Positions 31,301 through 39,994 of a stretch of 64,000 nt of DNA are shown piece after piece. The stretch spans positions 88,042-152,041 of the IMG/VR virus record IMGVR_UViG_3300025137_005412. One strand, written 5' to 3'. Positions within the stretch are counted from its first letter, which is position 1. The number at the start of each line of letters is the position of its first letter. The notes beneath the pieces were generated by a model, which was not told where the DNA came from, made no database searches, and saw nothing but the letters and a program-made list of their open reading frames with translations. The DNA comes from a virus. The position numbers and the translations under genes were made by a program.

Positions 31301-31613
31301 AGCAACCCAGATACGAGTATTATTTGATGCTGATATGGATCCAGGTGCTGAGCTTGTAGTTAAGTATAAAGCTAGAGTTGTAGGTGATAATACTCAATTT
31401 GAAGAATTAGAATGGCAAACATTCCCTAGAAATCAAGTAGTAAATGAAACAAACTTTGGTAAGTTCACATCAGATATTGATTTTGATCAATACTCATTAA
31501 CGCAAGATGTTGGATTTGAATTTGAGTCATTTAAAATTAAAATTGAAATGAATTCTGAGAACTCTTCCTTCATCAGTCAAGTAAGAGATTTAAGAATTAT
31601 TGCAGTAGTATAA
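25341..31613 (+). CDS. Giant virion structural protein (VrlC / DUF4815-like)
   Basis: NLNVSPYFDDFD...VLFRPG.AVQARELTQLQT, APGANR, YTMRDIGKLEKRI.NLE, KSGFIVDDF, DPIAQ.F, FKSQNGSTWT, DLRIIA. Confidence 0.85.
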   Translation: MSTINLNVSPYFDDFDEKKDYLRVLFRPGFAVQARELTQLQTIAQKQVSRQGNHIFKDGSRVTEGNVNINFNTHNMNLISGSGNINFPLSGALTGSVEATLDNFSETIISNQDNTVKARVLKTPTGSVLANKTGNIYFTYITSKKFTDSDQGYIYARAEDNPELTVTYVNVFSKVSEATMATILSGIYYIDGFFARIQEQNIVVSSTTQKPTAAIGFSITSKDISANDDASLFDNARGSTNEGAPGANRLQNLISVLIKSTLDQGSDPTFYKQVEIKDGVILGDTEKTPTGSRVTPNPMYNGLGDTMARRRKEESGSYAVNKFIPKIQQQSYEDSDKFAVSFSKGLAYINGYRQETFADELIYLDRNTEAKKETNHKIPILGAPYVEVRNVNSGTMSGMLTADANGIGAFTNKLALKDSDGNTIGFARSYGYQATNGETNGRVYLTDVKMFQHVRFGPSGTYDSDTSHFWRNSLIAGEQVTATLNGKVQTGDVVKLYAQHKNDSDWTDINFSPNGLNRLGGVSSYKTTGVLLTNSNAQFQKGAKIEGSIDRTVVLSPRIENARQFKFAEVREVRGSTNDSEGVSFKAFTDWTPGEGAKMKNVSGALFGGTGKTFKTLRSGTVPFDNDFDVLYKAPPTISSTDGGLAVTPDFSDSQWSTHFRNGDYKKTRIDDAVEITKELKYGVLKIRNTSDITRSSSVNSSWSALDRKINLFYPDIYRVYKIVHGSTNNSFGTSTTEPNASFDRIKVNISGGATIPQGSLIIGKTSKTRARVALSNTIATGQTTLSGSTGYHISMSGTGAQDLLEVCFEKGQAFTAGEQLKIKVPAKEDAISSEITFTEVNTKKPGSDITANYLLDDGQRVDSYHIGSVIRKTGVPAPANGDILIFYSYFDANPFQSFYYGVDSYSGDGFYDVDPRYYGKPTEIKEYEAYTGLNLRNVIDFRFRQRLISGYATTNNPLSFLYREFENTGVHVIPDGQFSTDAEFFTGQNISFILNNKGRIKTVPGVADVKSPKDPDIQAGGMVLATISVPPAVRYPDKEIVIFSDQQRGYTMRDIGKLEKRIRNLETSVSLSLLESKALQDNIGTRVKSGFIVDDFSSAINTPADITNTQFRSSIDVSRNVLRPPSVETNVQLQRVSDGNRIDPFFLAQNTGFILKSYTQEQMLEQTFASSLVRINPFATWVYSGQIELNPTQDFWRDPTWNVVENFFVDRTSFGGGLSTVSQSVFDNLVPVTRDIPNTNFNTVETNWTGTVTSTTTDDFGNPMLGWWWWNQGGTTTTTTETQVGTETTSNFIAQEEEFTSSSDFNVREVREKDDAWIRSQTLEFEGQGFRPDTDLKAIFDGQDVSSTCSQTDFLPLETTTARTYAVQGNLKTDGKGQIRGRFIIPSQTFKTGTKGFILSDKDGSKTTEGTVFFTSRGFFEVGDLTNFRATRDAGNRLISSQTSNVTGESTVTTNTVWNPFIWPIFNLNIGGGDPIAQLFTLPLDPGSDPNNFNPVRNEARSTGSFITSVDIFLGFIDTRANNDHVICEIRSSDNGYPGREILGRARVDVTKANENISKPTVATNFRFTNPVYLQEETEYAIVLLTPSDTTSAWTALQGEEDVITGGKITSQPNVGGYFGSFFKSQNGSTWTAEQNRDLTFKAYRAKFDLGESAITMRDKANFYGQPIGQAAQGLAVETFNNSYYIKIHHPNHGMYGPDDTHSVRILGVAGNGNISNAADSDLVRFRGESALNGLPVSLINNVSSLGNLTTTSTTAKHKVKFATQDTYIIDMSEADSDTSAVASSPTTGGWHKQVKSGRGGGVQVVATANVQYDSIRTNTQAINFDETSVKQEVKTTTGANLILRSASNQFGYNTDSIYYKSPLVKDTAAVNLPMDKLTDFDHPRIILGSMNKSSSADFEQILYLNTANEYLSPVIRLDAASQMFVLKNNYGKYIDDSELAGFIDSDLAASSNTTKQKQYASYKAGLSSFDETAAYITKDITLLEPATQIRVLFDADMDPGAELVVKYKARVVGDNTQFEELEWQTFPRNQVVNETNFGKFTSDIDFDQYSLTQDVGFEFESFKIKIEMNSENSSFISQVRDLRIIAVV

Positions 31614-31792
31614 TGCATAAACGTGATTTAAAAAGAGATCCTAAGAATGGTGCTCTATTAAATACTAATAGACAAGATGTTATTGAGTACAAAAAGAAAA
31701 TTGCTGAAGAACATGAAAATGAAAAAAGATTAACAACACTAGAAAAAAAGATGGATAAAATTATAAACATATTGGAGAAGCTTGATGGCTAA
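31613..31792 (+). CDS. 59-aa coiled-coil protein MHKRDLKRDPKNGALLN... (not in ORF track)
   Basis: Translated by hand. TAATG-coupled to the VrlC-like gene and overlaps the next start. Confidence 0.7.
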   Translation: MHKRDLKRDPKNGALLNTNRQDVIEYKKKIAEEHENEKRLTTLEKKMDKIINILEKLDG

Positions 31793-32627
31793 TTTAAGAG
31801 ATATACTAGTACCAAATTTTGGATTTCAGGATTCTGATACTGAAGTAGGTATTGCTCCAGTTAATATAGATTCAGGTACTTTACCATTTAATGATGCTAG
31901 CAGAATTGTAAAAAACAATGTTAGAATTAATATTGGTTCTTCACCTAATTCAAACACAGGTGATCCATTAAGAACAGCATTTATTAAAATTGGAAACTTT
32001 ATGGAAGCAGTTTATCGAGCTGACTCTGATAAAGACTTACGTGTTAAAAGATTTGAAACACCAGTAGGTGACTCTGACTTTAGAATTTTAGGTGTCAAGA
32101 GTTGTGATGATTTAAGATGGGATTCTGATGGTGTACATACAAATTTAGGAAATGCAAACACAGGATTTGATAGTGATACATTTGCTGGTCTAAAACCTGG
32201 TGATACATTACTCCTTACAGATCAAATATCTCCTAGAAGTAGACAGTCATTTGTTGACAGATATGCAAGATCTAATCCACACGGTCGTATTGATATTAAT
32301 ACAGTAAGACTAAAAAATAATGAATACAGTGTAAACGCACCAGCATTCTTAAAAGTAGGCGCTGATGGTTTATTAAAAGTACAAACTGAGTTTGCCTTAG
32401 ATCAAGTTGGTCTTGATTTTGATGGTGCATTAGAAAGATTAAGTGCAGGTACTCAAAAAAGTAAACTAAGCTCAGCAGATCAAAAAAAATTATATCAAGA
32501 CTTTAATGATGTTCAAGGTTTAACATCCTCATCTTTCAGAATCAGTGCTAGTAATATAGAAGATGGCTTTGCTGAATTAGTAGCCAGACAAGTAAGGATT
32601 GGATACGATGCAGGATTCTATGGATAA
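31785..32627 (+). CDS. Virion protein with a gp9/gp10-type trimerisation motif
   Basis: INIGSSPNSNTGDPLRTAFIKI..F motif, 5 DSD. ATG at 31785. Confidence 0.6.
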   Translation: MANLRDILVPNFGFQDSDTEVGIAPVNIDSGTLPFNDASRIVKNNVRINIGSSPNSNTGDPLRTAFIKIGNFMEAVYRADSDKDLRVKRFETPVGDSDFRILGVKSCDDLRWDSDGVHTNLGNANTGFDSDTFAGLKPGDTLLLTDQISPRSRQSFVDRYARSNPHGRIDINTVRLKNNEYSVNAPAFLKVGADGLLKVQTEFALDQVGLDFDGALERLSAGTQKSKLSSADQKKLYQDFNDVQGLTSSSFRISASNIEDGFAELVARQVRIGYDAGFYG

Positions 32628-32636
32628 TGAGCACAG

Positions 32637-33737
32637 ATGTCAACAGTAAGAAACAACTTTGCAGGATTCACAATCGCACCAACCGGATTTGGTGGAGATT
32701 CAGATAACGATTCCGATTTCGGTGAAAATCTAAACCGATCAATACAAGCAATCAATAAATCTTATGCCATTAAATCAGGCGTACAAAACACATTCATCGA
32801 TGGATACATAAATCAATTTGGTGCTTCATCACGTTTCTCTACAAATGAACAGAGAACAATGCAGAACCTTATTAGAGAATCAATTAATGTTAATGGTATA
32901 ACAATACGTTATATGCCAAGAGCATCTGATTATACTGATAATGTTTGGAATGAAAGACCTGAATCTCACTTTGATTCTGGTTATCAAATAGATATGCTTC
33001 TCGTAGCTTCTGCTGGATTTGAAGGTGAAGGAGATACTATGACTCTTTATGGTATGGAGTTCAGAGAAGAAGTTATAATGTCTGTTGCAATTAATAATTT
33101 TACACAAAAAGATTCTGATTATAGAACAGTACTTAAACAAAGACTTACTGATTCAGATGGTTTTGCTACAGGAGGTGAATCTGCTTCTAATGATTCTGAT
33201 TCTGATCAATATCAAAAATTACTTTCAAAATTTGCAAGAACAAGACCACTTGAAGGTGATCTTATTGTAATACCATTTGGTAGATCTGCACAAAACAAAA
33301 GTCAGTATGTACCAAAAGTCTTTGAAATTACTCGTGTGACCACATATCATGATGGTGCTTTCTTTCAATTAGGAAATAACTATCAATATAAGATACACGC
33401 TAAACTATTCGAATTATCTGGAGAAGACTTGTACTTCAATCCAACTGCTATTACATATAGTAATACAGGTTCAGCTACAAGTACTACAGACGAAATAGTC
33501 ACGCAAGCGGCAACAGGAATTACATTTACTGATTCAGAAACTAAAGCTATTGACATAACTGATAGTGATTTAATTACTGACTCTTGGGCTTCTAATACTG
33601 AAATTGAACAAAGAGCAGAAAGTCAAGAAGTCTATGATAATAATGGTGTAGTAAGAGAAACACCGAAAACAATAACAGATGACTATACAGCGAGAGCTTT
33701 TGGTCAACCAGGAATAAGGAATTTGGATAATATCTAA
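32637..33737 (+). CDS. gp14: Neck protein gp14
   Basis: EQ..MQNLIRESI...G....YMPR, GFEGEGD....GME, RPLEGDLI..P, FEIT.V, FFQLG..Y. Confidence 0.85.
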   Translation: MSTVRNNFAGFTIAPTGFGGDSDNDSDFGENLNRSIQAINKSYAIKSGVQNTFIDGYINQFGASSRFSTNEQRTMQNLIRESINVNGITIRYMPRASDYTDNVWNERPESHFDSGYQIDMLLVASAGFEGEGDTMTLYGMEFREEVIMSVAINNFTQKDSDYRTVLKQRLTDSDGFATGGESASNDSDSDQYQKLLSKFARTRPLEGDLIVIPFGRSAQNKSQYVPKVFEITRVTTYHDGAFFQLGNNYQYKIHAKLFELSGEDLYFNPTAITYSNTGSATSTTDEIVTQAATGITFTDSETKAIDITDSDLITDSWASNTEIEQRAESQEVYDNNGVVRETPKTITDDYTARAFGQPGIRNLDNI

Positions 33738-34603
33738 TGTTAGGAACTCACTTTTATCACGAAACTGTTAAGACTGCAACTGCGGTCTTCGGTAGTTTAT
33801 TCAACAACATCGTTATCAAAAGACGTGATGGTAAACTATTACCTGTTCCTATTTCTTATGGTCCAAGACAAAAATGGTTGGAAGCTCAAAAAGGTTTAAG
33901 ACCAACTGAAGAGATGTTTGAAAAACTATTACCAAGAATGTCTTATGAGTTTGTTGCAATGGTTTATGATTCAAATAGAAAATTAAACAACAAACCAAAT
34001 GTATTTAGATCTCCAGATAGTTTAGCTTATCCAAGACAAAAGGCTAATATGCCTACACCATACACTTTATCATATACATTACATATTGAAACAAAGACAT
34101 TGAATGATGGATGGCAAATTATAGAACAGATTGTACCATTCTTTAACCCAGCTTATACTGTCAAAGTAAGACATTTTCCTGCTGATGCAGATACTAATAC
34201 ACCAACACCTACAAATGCATTTGACATGCCGTTCCAACTTACATCAGTCACATGGACAGATGATTGGACAGGAGATATTAATACAAGAAGAACCGTAGAA
34301 TGGACACTAGAATTTGAAACAAAAACTTGGTTCCATGGACCGATTGCAGCAACAAAAGTAATCTTAGATTCAAGAGCAATAGTTGCTACTCCTGGAAATG
34401 CAACAGATTCTGATAGACAAGATCTTAACCTATTAAGAAGAAGTGATAGTGATCTTATGGGAGCTGATGTAGGTTATGCTGTGCTTCAGAAAAATGACTC
34501 TGAAGGTATATATGACAGTGACTCGAAAGTTAGTCCAAGTATTACAAACTTAACAGACTCTGATGGATTAAGAGTATTATTAGTACGAGATTTCAACCTC
34601 TAA
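33737..34603 (+). CDS. gp15: Tail sheath stabiliser / tail terminator gp15
   Basis: MLGTHFYHE....FGSLFNNI, VPISYGP.QKW, LPRMSYE, QIIEQIVPFF.P, WTLEF. Confidence 0.92.
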   Translation: MLGTHFYHETVKTATAVFGSLFNNIVIKRRDGKLLPVPISYGPRQKWLEAQKGLRPTEEMFEKLLPRMSYEFVAMVYDSNRKLNNKPNVFRSPDSLAYPRQKANMPTPYTLSYTLHIETKTLNDGWQIIEQIVPFFNPAYTVKVRHFPADADTNTPTPTNAFDMPFQLTSVTWTDDWTGDINTRRTVEWTLEFETKTWFHGPIAATKVILDSRAIVATPGNATDSDRQDLNLLRRSDSDLMGADVGYAVLQKNDSEGIYDSDSKVSPSITNLTDSDGLRVLLVRDFNL

Positions 34604-34606
34604 TGG

Positions 34607-34614
34607 AATAAATA
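34607..34614 (+). promoter_or_regulatory. Putative late promoter
   Basis: AATAAATA-aatc-ATG(34619). Confidence 0.55.
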
Positions 34615-34618
34615 AATC

Positions 34619-36043
34619 ATGGCCACAAAAGATTTAATCAACTTAGGTATATCACCCGACTCAGGAACAGGAGACTCGGCAAGAAAAGGTGGAGCAAAGA
34701 TAAATGATTTGCTTTCAGATGTTTATAGTAAATTCGGTGACAATCCGATTGGTCAAGATATAGACAAACCTTTCTATGGTTATCGTAGAAGATTTGGTGA
34801 GTTTGAATATAGAGTTGGTGAATTACATCCTGCGGGAAAATACCTCAACATCTCTTTTAGAACTGTAAACGCCAATAGAGATTCAGATTACACAACTGGT
34901 TTTAAATTACTAGATCAAACAAGAGGTTGGAGAATCGATGCTGATTCAGATAATGATGGTATTCCAGATTTATATTTAGATTCAGAATTTTATTTTGCAT
35001 CAAGAGGAGAAACTATCGATGTTGATGTTTCTGGTGTAGATGTAAATAGAACTGCTCACGTAGTATTACCTATTGCACAAGCTGGTGATGTAATTAAAAT
35101 AAGAGAATCAAGAGGTTCTTTCTCAAATGGTAGGTCAATGTCAATATGGACAACACCATTTAGATTCAAAGATTCAGATCAAAGAGCTGAATGGAAAAAC
35201 AATTCAAATAACGTTGTAGCACCACAAAATAAACACACATTTGTAAGAGACATTGATGGTACATTTCAAAATGCATCAGCATTTAGTATTCCATTTGATT
35301 CAGAAGGTGCAGTATTTTCTCAACGTTCATTAGGTTATGGTGTAAGTTATGCTGGTGAACTTGGTTCATACGGTATTAAGTCTTCTATTGAACTAAATTC
35401 AAATCATTCTATATATGAGTTTACATATTCTGGCCATGATATTGGTTGGGTATTTGTAAGACATAATATAAGAGCATCAGCAAGAGATTCAGATAATTTA
35501 AAAATCTATACAGATATATTTGATTCAGATGATTGGCATCAAACAACTGCTAATTTCACAATTGGCGGTGTCACAGAAGTTCCATCTGGTAGATATATGC
35601 TACCAATAACAAGATATTCGTTTGCTGATACAACATTTAGTAGAGAGTTTGAAAGTTTACAATCTGTAATGGATGTTAAGATCTATAAAGCTGTAATGCA
35701 AGATGGAAACAAAACTACTATAAATAATGAAGTACTAGAATTTATTAGATCACAACTTTATAACTCAATTGATTCTGAAATGGGTGCAAGTAATACTGAT
35801 TCTGATAAAGTTTCAAGATTTAAAACGGTATGGGGTACTCAAGGTGCAGACTCAGATAGCGCACAACCTGGTTCCTATACAAATACAAATAGCTATGGTG
35901 CTGATGGTTATACTGGATTCAATGATGTTGATAAGATGTTTATTCCAGTTGATGTCACAACAGTTATGGATAATGAAGGAAATGCAATTGTATTTTCACA
36001 AACAAAATTTAAAGGACAAGCAAAGATTATAACTTTAGGATAA
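34619..36043 (+). CDS. Baseplate-fibre connector (gp9/gp10-like)
   Basis: INLGISPDSGTGDSARKGGAKIN and DVSG...VVLP.AQAGDVIKI motifs, ~10 DS[D/E]. Confidence 0.65.
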   Translation: MATKDLINLGISPDSGTGDSARKGGAKINDLLSDVYSKFGDNPIGQDIDKPFYGYRRRFGEFEYRVGELHPAGKYLNISFRTVNANRDSDYTTGFKLLDQTRGWRIDADSDNDGIPDLYLDSEFYFASRGETIDVDVSGVDVNRTAHVVLPIAQAGDVIKIRESRGSFSNGRSMSIWTTPFRFKDSDQRAEWKNNSNNVVAPQNKHTFVRDIDGTFQNASAFSIPFDSEGAVFSQRSLGYGVSYAGELGSYGIKSSIELNSNHSIYEFTYSGHDIGWVFVRHNIRASARDSDNLKIYTDIFDSDDWHQTTANFTIGGVTEVPSGRYMLPITRYSFADTTFSREFESLQSVMDVKIYKAVMQDGNKTTINNEVLEFIRSQLYNSIDSEMGASNTDSDKVSRFKTVWGTQGADSDSAQPGSYTNTNSYGADGYTGFNDVDKMFIPVDVTTVMDNEGNAIVFSQTKFKGQAKIITLG

Positions 36044-36046
36044 TAA

Positions 36047-38215
36047 ATGACTATTAATTTTAATAACGGCAGACCAACATATCAACACAGAAGATCTTTA
36101 TCAACAGGATTGAATGCTGAAGGTCAACCAACCACAGATCAGATAGAACAAGGTGAGATAGCCATTAACCTTTCTACAAGAAAGATTTATACAAAACGTC
36201 CTACTGTTTCTCGTGACTCTGATGGTAAATCAGATGTTTTAGAAGTAGGTAAAATATTAAGAAGTGGTGTTAAATATCGTCTTCCAGGATTTCAACCATT
36301 TGGTCAACAGATTCAAAATGGTGGTCAAATTAAAGTTATTTCAAGAAGAATTTTAGATTCAGATCAAGCTGGTTTATCAGTTAAAATTAAAATTAGACAA
36401 CATGGATTTTTAGATTCTGATGAAGCACTAAACTATACAAGAGATTCAGATGCTTATGCTATAACCATGACAGATTCTGATGGTACAAATACATTAGCAT
36501 CATCAGCTGCAAACAGAGATGGTACTATTACTAATGGTGATGGTAAAGCTTATATGATTCGTCATATACCAGTTTTCAAAGCTTTTTGTGATAGAGCTCA
36601 ATCAGATAAGTTAAAGTTATTGCTTCATGATTCTGATGGTACCGCAGATTCTGATGGTACTCCTGTTAATGCAGTTTCTGGTTCTAAATTTGGTGGTGGT
36701 ATTGTAGAAGTATCTTTCAATATTGATTCAGATTTAAGTTCAACAGAAATAGCAACAAGAATTTCAAGTGCTGTAAATAGTTCATCAGCACTAGCCGCAA
36801 TGGATGCTAAGATTAAAGCTGAAGTTGATAGAACAAGTCCAGATATTGTATACATTTATGGTGGTGATAAAAAAATTACAGTAGAAGCTTCTGATAAATT
36901 TACTAAGACTATTGATAATTCAATCACACCATTATTTAAGTTTGTACCACAAGATTCAGATACTAATTTCTTAAAGAGAGATTCAGAGAATGATTCAGAC
37001 TTTGCAAAAAGAGTTGAAGTCACATTCTTCTACTTAGATGAAACAAAACCAAGAATTGCCGCTACTGGTGAGATCATGGATACTTCTACATTCGGTATTG
37101 ATACTATTTCAAACTCACCTATCTTTGCAAGAAATTCTCTTATTCTAAAGAATGTGGTCGGTAATATTGGAACTGTTGATTCAGATCAAACAGCTCCTGG
37201 TCAAGTAAATGCTACAGAAAATAATAGATTCAAATTAAGACCAGCTGCATTTACCGGTGTTGATGAGATTATTGCACTTAATGCGGTTGCAGTTGTAAGT
37301 GCTACACCACCTGCATTTGATATTACTAACGGTTCATTATGGTTAGAAGATAATAGTAATAAAACACCAAGATTTGATGCTGTTGATTCAGAAACCCATC
37401 ACATGGAAGTTGTATTCAACAGAAGAGGCACATTCACAGGTAATCCAGATTCAGAATTCTCAGTTCCTTACGGTGCATTAGTAAATCAAACAGCTGCCGA
37501 TTCAGATGATAAAGTATTAAACATTAATGTTGGAGATTCAGAAGCTGGTGTTGCAAGAAAAATTGTAAACTTATTAAATGATTCTGATTATAAAACAAGA
37601 GCAGGTAGAAAAGGAACAGCAATTCAAAGAAACTCTATGGGTTCAGGTCTCATGGGTAGATATGATTCAGATTCAGATGGTTCTCCTAGAGGAACAGGCT
37701 ATAAGTTCATATCAGTAATGTATGATTCAGAGCATGACTCTGATCTATTTGGTAAGAGAATTTATCTACCAACAAATGATGATTCAGATGGTAGAAATAT
37801 TGTAGTAAGAACTGGCACAGATACCGATCAACATTTTGATGGTCTTGTTATTGAGATAATCAATAAACAAACAGAGACTGGTAGAACATTTGCAGGTTTC
37901 AGAGCCGCAGAGATTTACTTCTTAGATGCAACATTAATTGATGATCCTACAGCACAAACTAAAGCATTGGATTTATCATCTGCAGAAAGAACAGATAAAA
38001 ATATTGTTAAACACTCAGTAAAACCAGGTATGAGTAATACCGATTCAGATGGATCATATAGATATGCTGAGTGGAGAACTATTAGTTCAACATCAGTACT
38101 TTCACCTCAAGCACTATCACTTAGTATTGCTGGTCAAAGTTTCTCAAGTACACAATCATTAATTGTACAAGATGTGAATGGATTAACGGTTCTTTCTGGT
38201 CAACTATTAGTATAA
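36047..38215 (+). CDS. Putative tail fibre protein
   Basis: N-terminal P...I.QGEIAINL..RKIYTK fibre-attachment motif, C-terminal LIVQDVNG, ~23 DS[D/E]. Confidence 0.6.
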   Translation: MTINFNNGRPTYQHRRSLSTGLNAEGQPTTDQIEQGEIAINLSTRKIYTKRPTVSRDSDGKSDVLEVGKILRSGVKYRLPGFQPFGQQIQNGGQIKVISRRILDSDQAGLSVKIKIRQHGFLDSDEALNYTRDSDAYAITMTDSDGTNTLASSAANRDGTITNGDGKAYMIRHIPVFKAFCDRAQSDKLKLLLHDSDGTADSDGTPVNAVSGSKFGGGIVEVSFNIDSDLSSTEIATRISSAVNSSSALAAMDAKIKAEVDRTSPDIVYIYGGDKKITVEASDKFTKTIDNSITPLFKFVPQDSDTNFLKRDSENDSDFAKRVEVTFFYLDETKPRIAATGEIMDTSTFGIDTISNSPIFARNSLILKNVVGNIGTVDSDQTAPGQVNATENNRFKLRPAAFTGVDEIIALNAVAVVSATPPAFDITNGSLWLEDNSNKTPRFDAVDSETHHMEVVFNRRGTFTGNPDSEFSVPYGALVNQTAADSDDKVLNINVGDSEAGVARKIVNLLNDSDYKTRAGRKGTAIQRNSMGSGLMGRYDSDSDGSPRGTGYKFISVMYDSEHDSDLFGKRIYLPTNDDSDGRNIVVRTGTDTDQHFDGLVIEIINKQTETGRTFAGFRAAEIYFLDATLIDDPTAQTKALDLSSAERTDKNIVKHSVKPGMSNTDSDGSYRYAEWRTISSTSVLSPQALSLSIAGQSFSSTQSLIVQDVNGLTVLSGQLLV

Positions 38216-38223
38216 GGTAAATT

Positions 38224-39204
38224 ATGGCAAGACCACTAAAGATTAACGGAACTTCTGGTTTAAAGCAAATGACCGATGGCGAGTTGGATCGTATACAATA
38301 TAATCTCAGAATACGTTATGCAAGTTTTTTAAGGTATTGGCATACTAGTTCAGGTGTTAACGCAGCTGGCGGACAAACAACTTCAGGTAATGGTCCAGGA
38401 GGAGCATTGAATGTTGGTTCAGTTTCTGGTTGGACTTCAATCGGTTCTGCAACAGATACTATATCTACTCAACAAACTGCAACTAATCCAAGAAATAACT
38501 CTGGTGGTGATGATTATCCAGCTTCTCCAGGTATTGGTTCAAGTACAGTCACAACTTATGCTTACTATCAGAATAGAGCTGCTACAAATTTAGGTACTAG
38601 TTTTTCAGGTAATGATCAATATTCATATTTAAAATTCATATCACCAGCAACTTTAAGAACAGCATCAAATTATGCAACTGATTTCTTTGATGAAATTATT
38701 ACTCAATGTATAACTGATATGGGTACTGGTGATGAAGTAGGATCATATAGAGTTAGTACATCTGCACCTTCAAGTGGTGGTGCTGGTACTTGGGTAGATT
38801 GTGGAACATTCCATAGTGATACTACATACTCAGCTGGTACAACAACACATAAATTGTGGTTAAAGACTGCATTAGATTCTGTTCCAGGTTCTGATGTAAA
38901 ACCAGTTATGTGGAGTGGAAGTGCTATAAAAGAAGTTGCTTCTATTACAGAAACAGGTTCATGGCAAGCAACAAGTTTTATGGATCAAAGTTTAGTGCCT
39001 GCTTTAATTACAAGACTTTCATCACAAAATTTACAATATTCTGTAGGTACTACAGCATCTAATTCTAGAGGAAGTTTTACAGATACAAGACAAACAGGTT
39101 CAACAGACGCAAGTTCATTTAGTGATCCAACATATACAATAGTTTCAACACCATCTGGTTCTGCTTCTACACAAACTACTAACTTCTTGAATTTAGCTTA
39201 CTAA
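38224..39204 (+). CDS. Ser/Thr/Gly-rich hypothetical protein, probable distal fibre / receptor-binding protein
   Basis: Composition and position directly after the fibre gene. Confidence 0.45.
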   Translation: MARPLKINGTSGLKQMTDGELDRIQYNLRIRYASFLRYWHTSSGVNAAGGQTTSGNGPGGALNVGSVSGWTSIGSATDTISTQQTATNPRNNSGGDDYPASPGIGSSTVTTYAYYQNRAATNLGTSFSGNDQYSYLKFISPATLRTASNYATDFFDEIITQCITDMGTGDEVGSYRVSTSAPSSGGAGTWVDCGTFHSDTTYSAGTTTHKLWLKTALDSVPGSDVKPVMWSGSAIKEVASITETGSWQATSFMDQSLVPALITRLSSQNLQYSVGTTASNSRGSFTDTRQTGSTDASSFSDPTYTIVSTPSGSASTQTTNFLNLAY

Positions 39205-39208
39205 CGGA

Positions 39209-39216
39209 AATAAATA
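39209..39216 (+). promoter_or_regulatory. Putative late promoter
   Basis: AATAAATA-atat-ATG(39221). Confidence 0.55.
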
Positions 39217-39220
39217 ATAT

Positions 39221-39994
39221 ATGAATGATTCTGATAACATTATAGAACAAGAATATCCTGAAGATTTTAAATCTGGCGATATTAAAACGTTTGATCGTGA
39301 AGGTACAGAAGTACCTAGAGAAGATATGAAGATTAAACGTGGAGGAGTTCTACAAAATCAAGGTCAAAGACCAGAAGAAATTGATGGTAGTCTTACTGTT
39401 AAAAATGTTCAATGGCTTGATGAAGAAAGAACTGCTGTAAGAGTATCTTTCTTTGATTCAGAAGGTTGGGGAAGAGTAGAAAATCATGCTGCTAACACAA
39501 ATGGTTCAGGTACTTTCTTCTCTAAAGTATTACAACAATACACTATTGACGATATTGATAAAGATACATCAGACTTCTGGAAAGCAGAACAAGATGTTGC
39601 TGAAGAATTACAACAATTCAGAGAATGGAAATCAGCTGGTGGTTTACTAAATACCCACATTGATGAAGATGAACTTCGTATGGAAATTGAAAATGAAGTT
39701 AGAGGTCAAATAGAATTAGAAAATCCTATTGCTCCAGAACCTGAAATTGTAGAAAAAATTGTTGAGAAAGTTGAAGAAATACCAGTTGAAGTTCCTACTA
39801 TATCAGTAGAACATATGGCTAAGAACTATTCTCAAGAAGACTTATTTAGAATGAAAATTGAAGTCTTTGATATCCCTGCTGTAAGAGCTGCTAGCAAAGA
39901 TATTAAATCACGAATCCGTAAAGCTGCTACCCCTGTTGAGTTGTTCTCCATAATTCATGAAGCGAATGTGTCTTTTGAAAATGAACAAGCTTAA
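39221..39994 (+). CDS. Acidic hypothetical protein (possible fibre assembly factor)
   Basis: 257 aa, EKIVEKVEEIPVEVP linker, late-promoter motif upstream. Confidence 0.5.
   Translation: MNDSDNIIEQEYPEDFKSGDIKTFDREGTEVPREDMKIKRGGVLQNQGQRPEEIDGSLTVKNVQWLDEERTAVRVSFFDSEGWGRVENHAANTNGSGTFFSKVLQQYTIDDIDKDTSDFWKAEQDVAEELQQFREWKSAGGLLNTHIDEDELRMEIENEVRGQIELENPIAPEPEIVEKIVEKVEEIPVEVPTISVEHMAKNYSQEDLFRMKIEVFDIPAVRAASKDIKSRIRKAATPVELFSIIHEANVSFENEQA

Noticed and set aside
10306-38215. Frequent GATTCAGA / GATTCTGA DNA words as a DNA repeat, CRISPR array or binding site
   Set aside because: Where checked they are in frame as Asp-Ser-Asp/Glu, follow the coding strand, vary at synonymous positions (including AGT serine codons) and have no regular spacer length.
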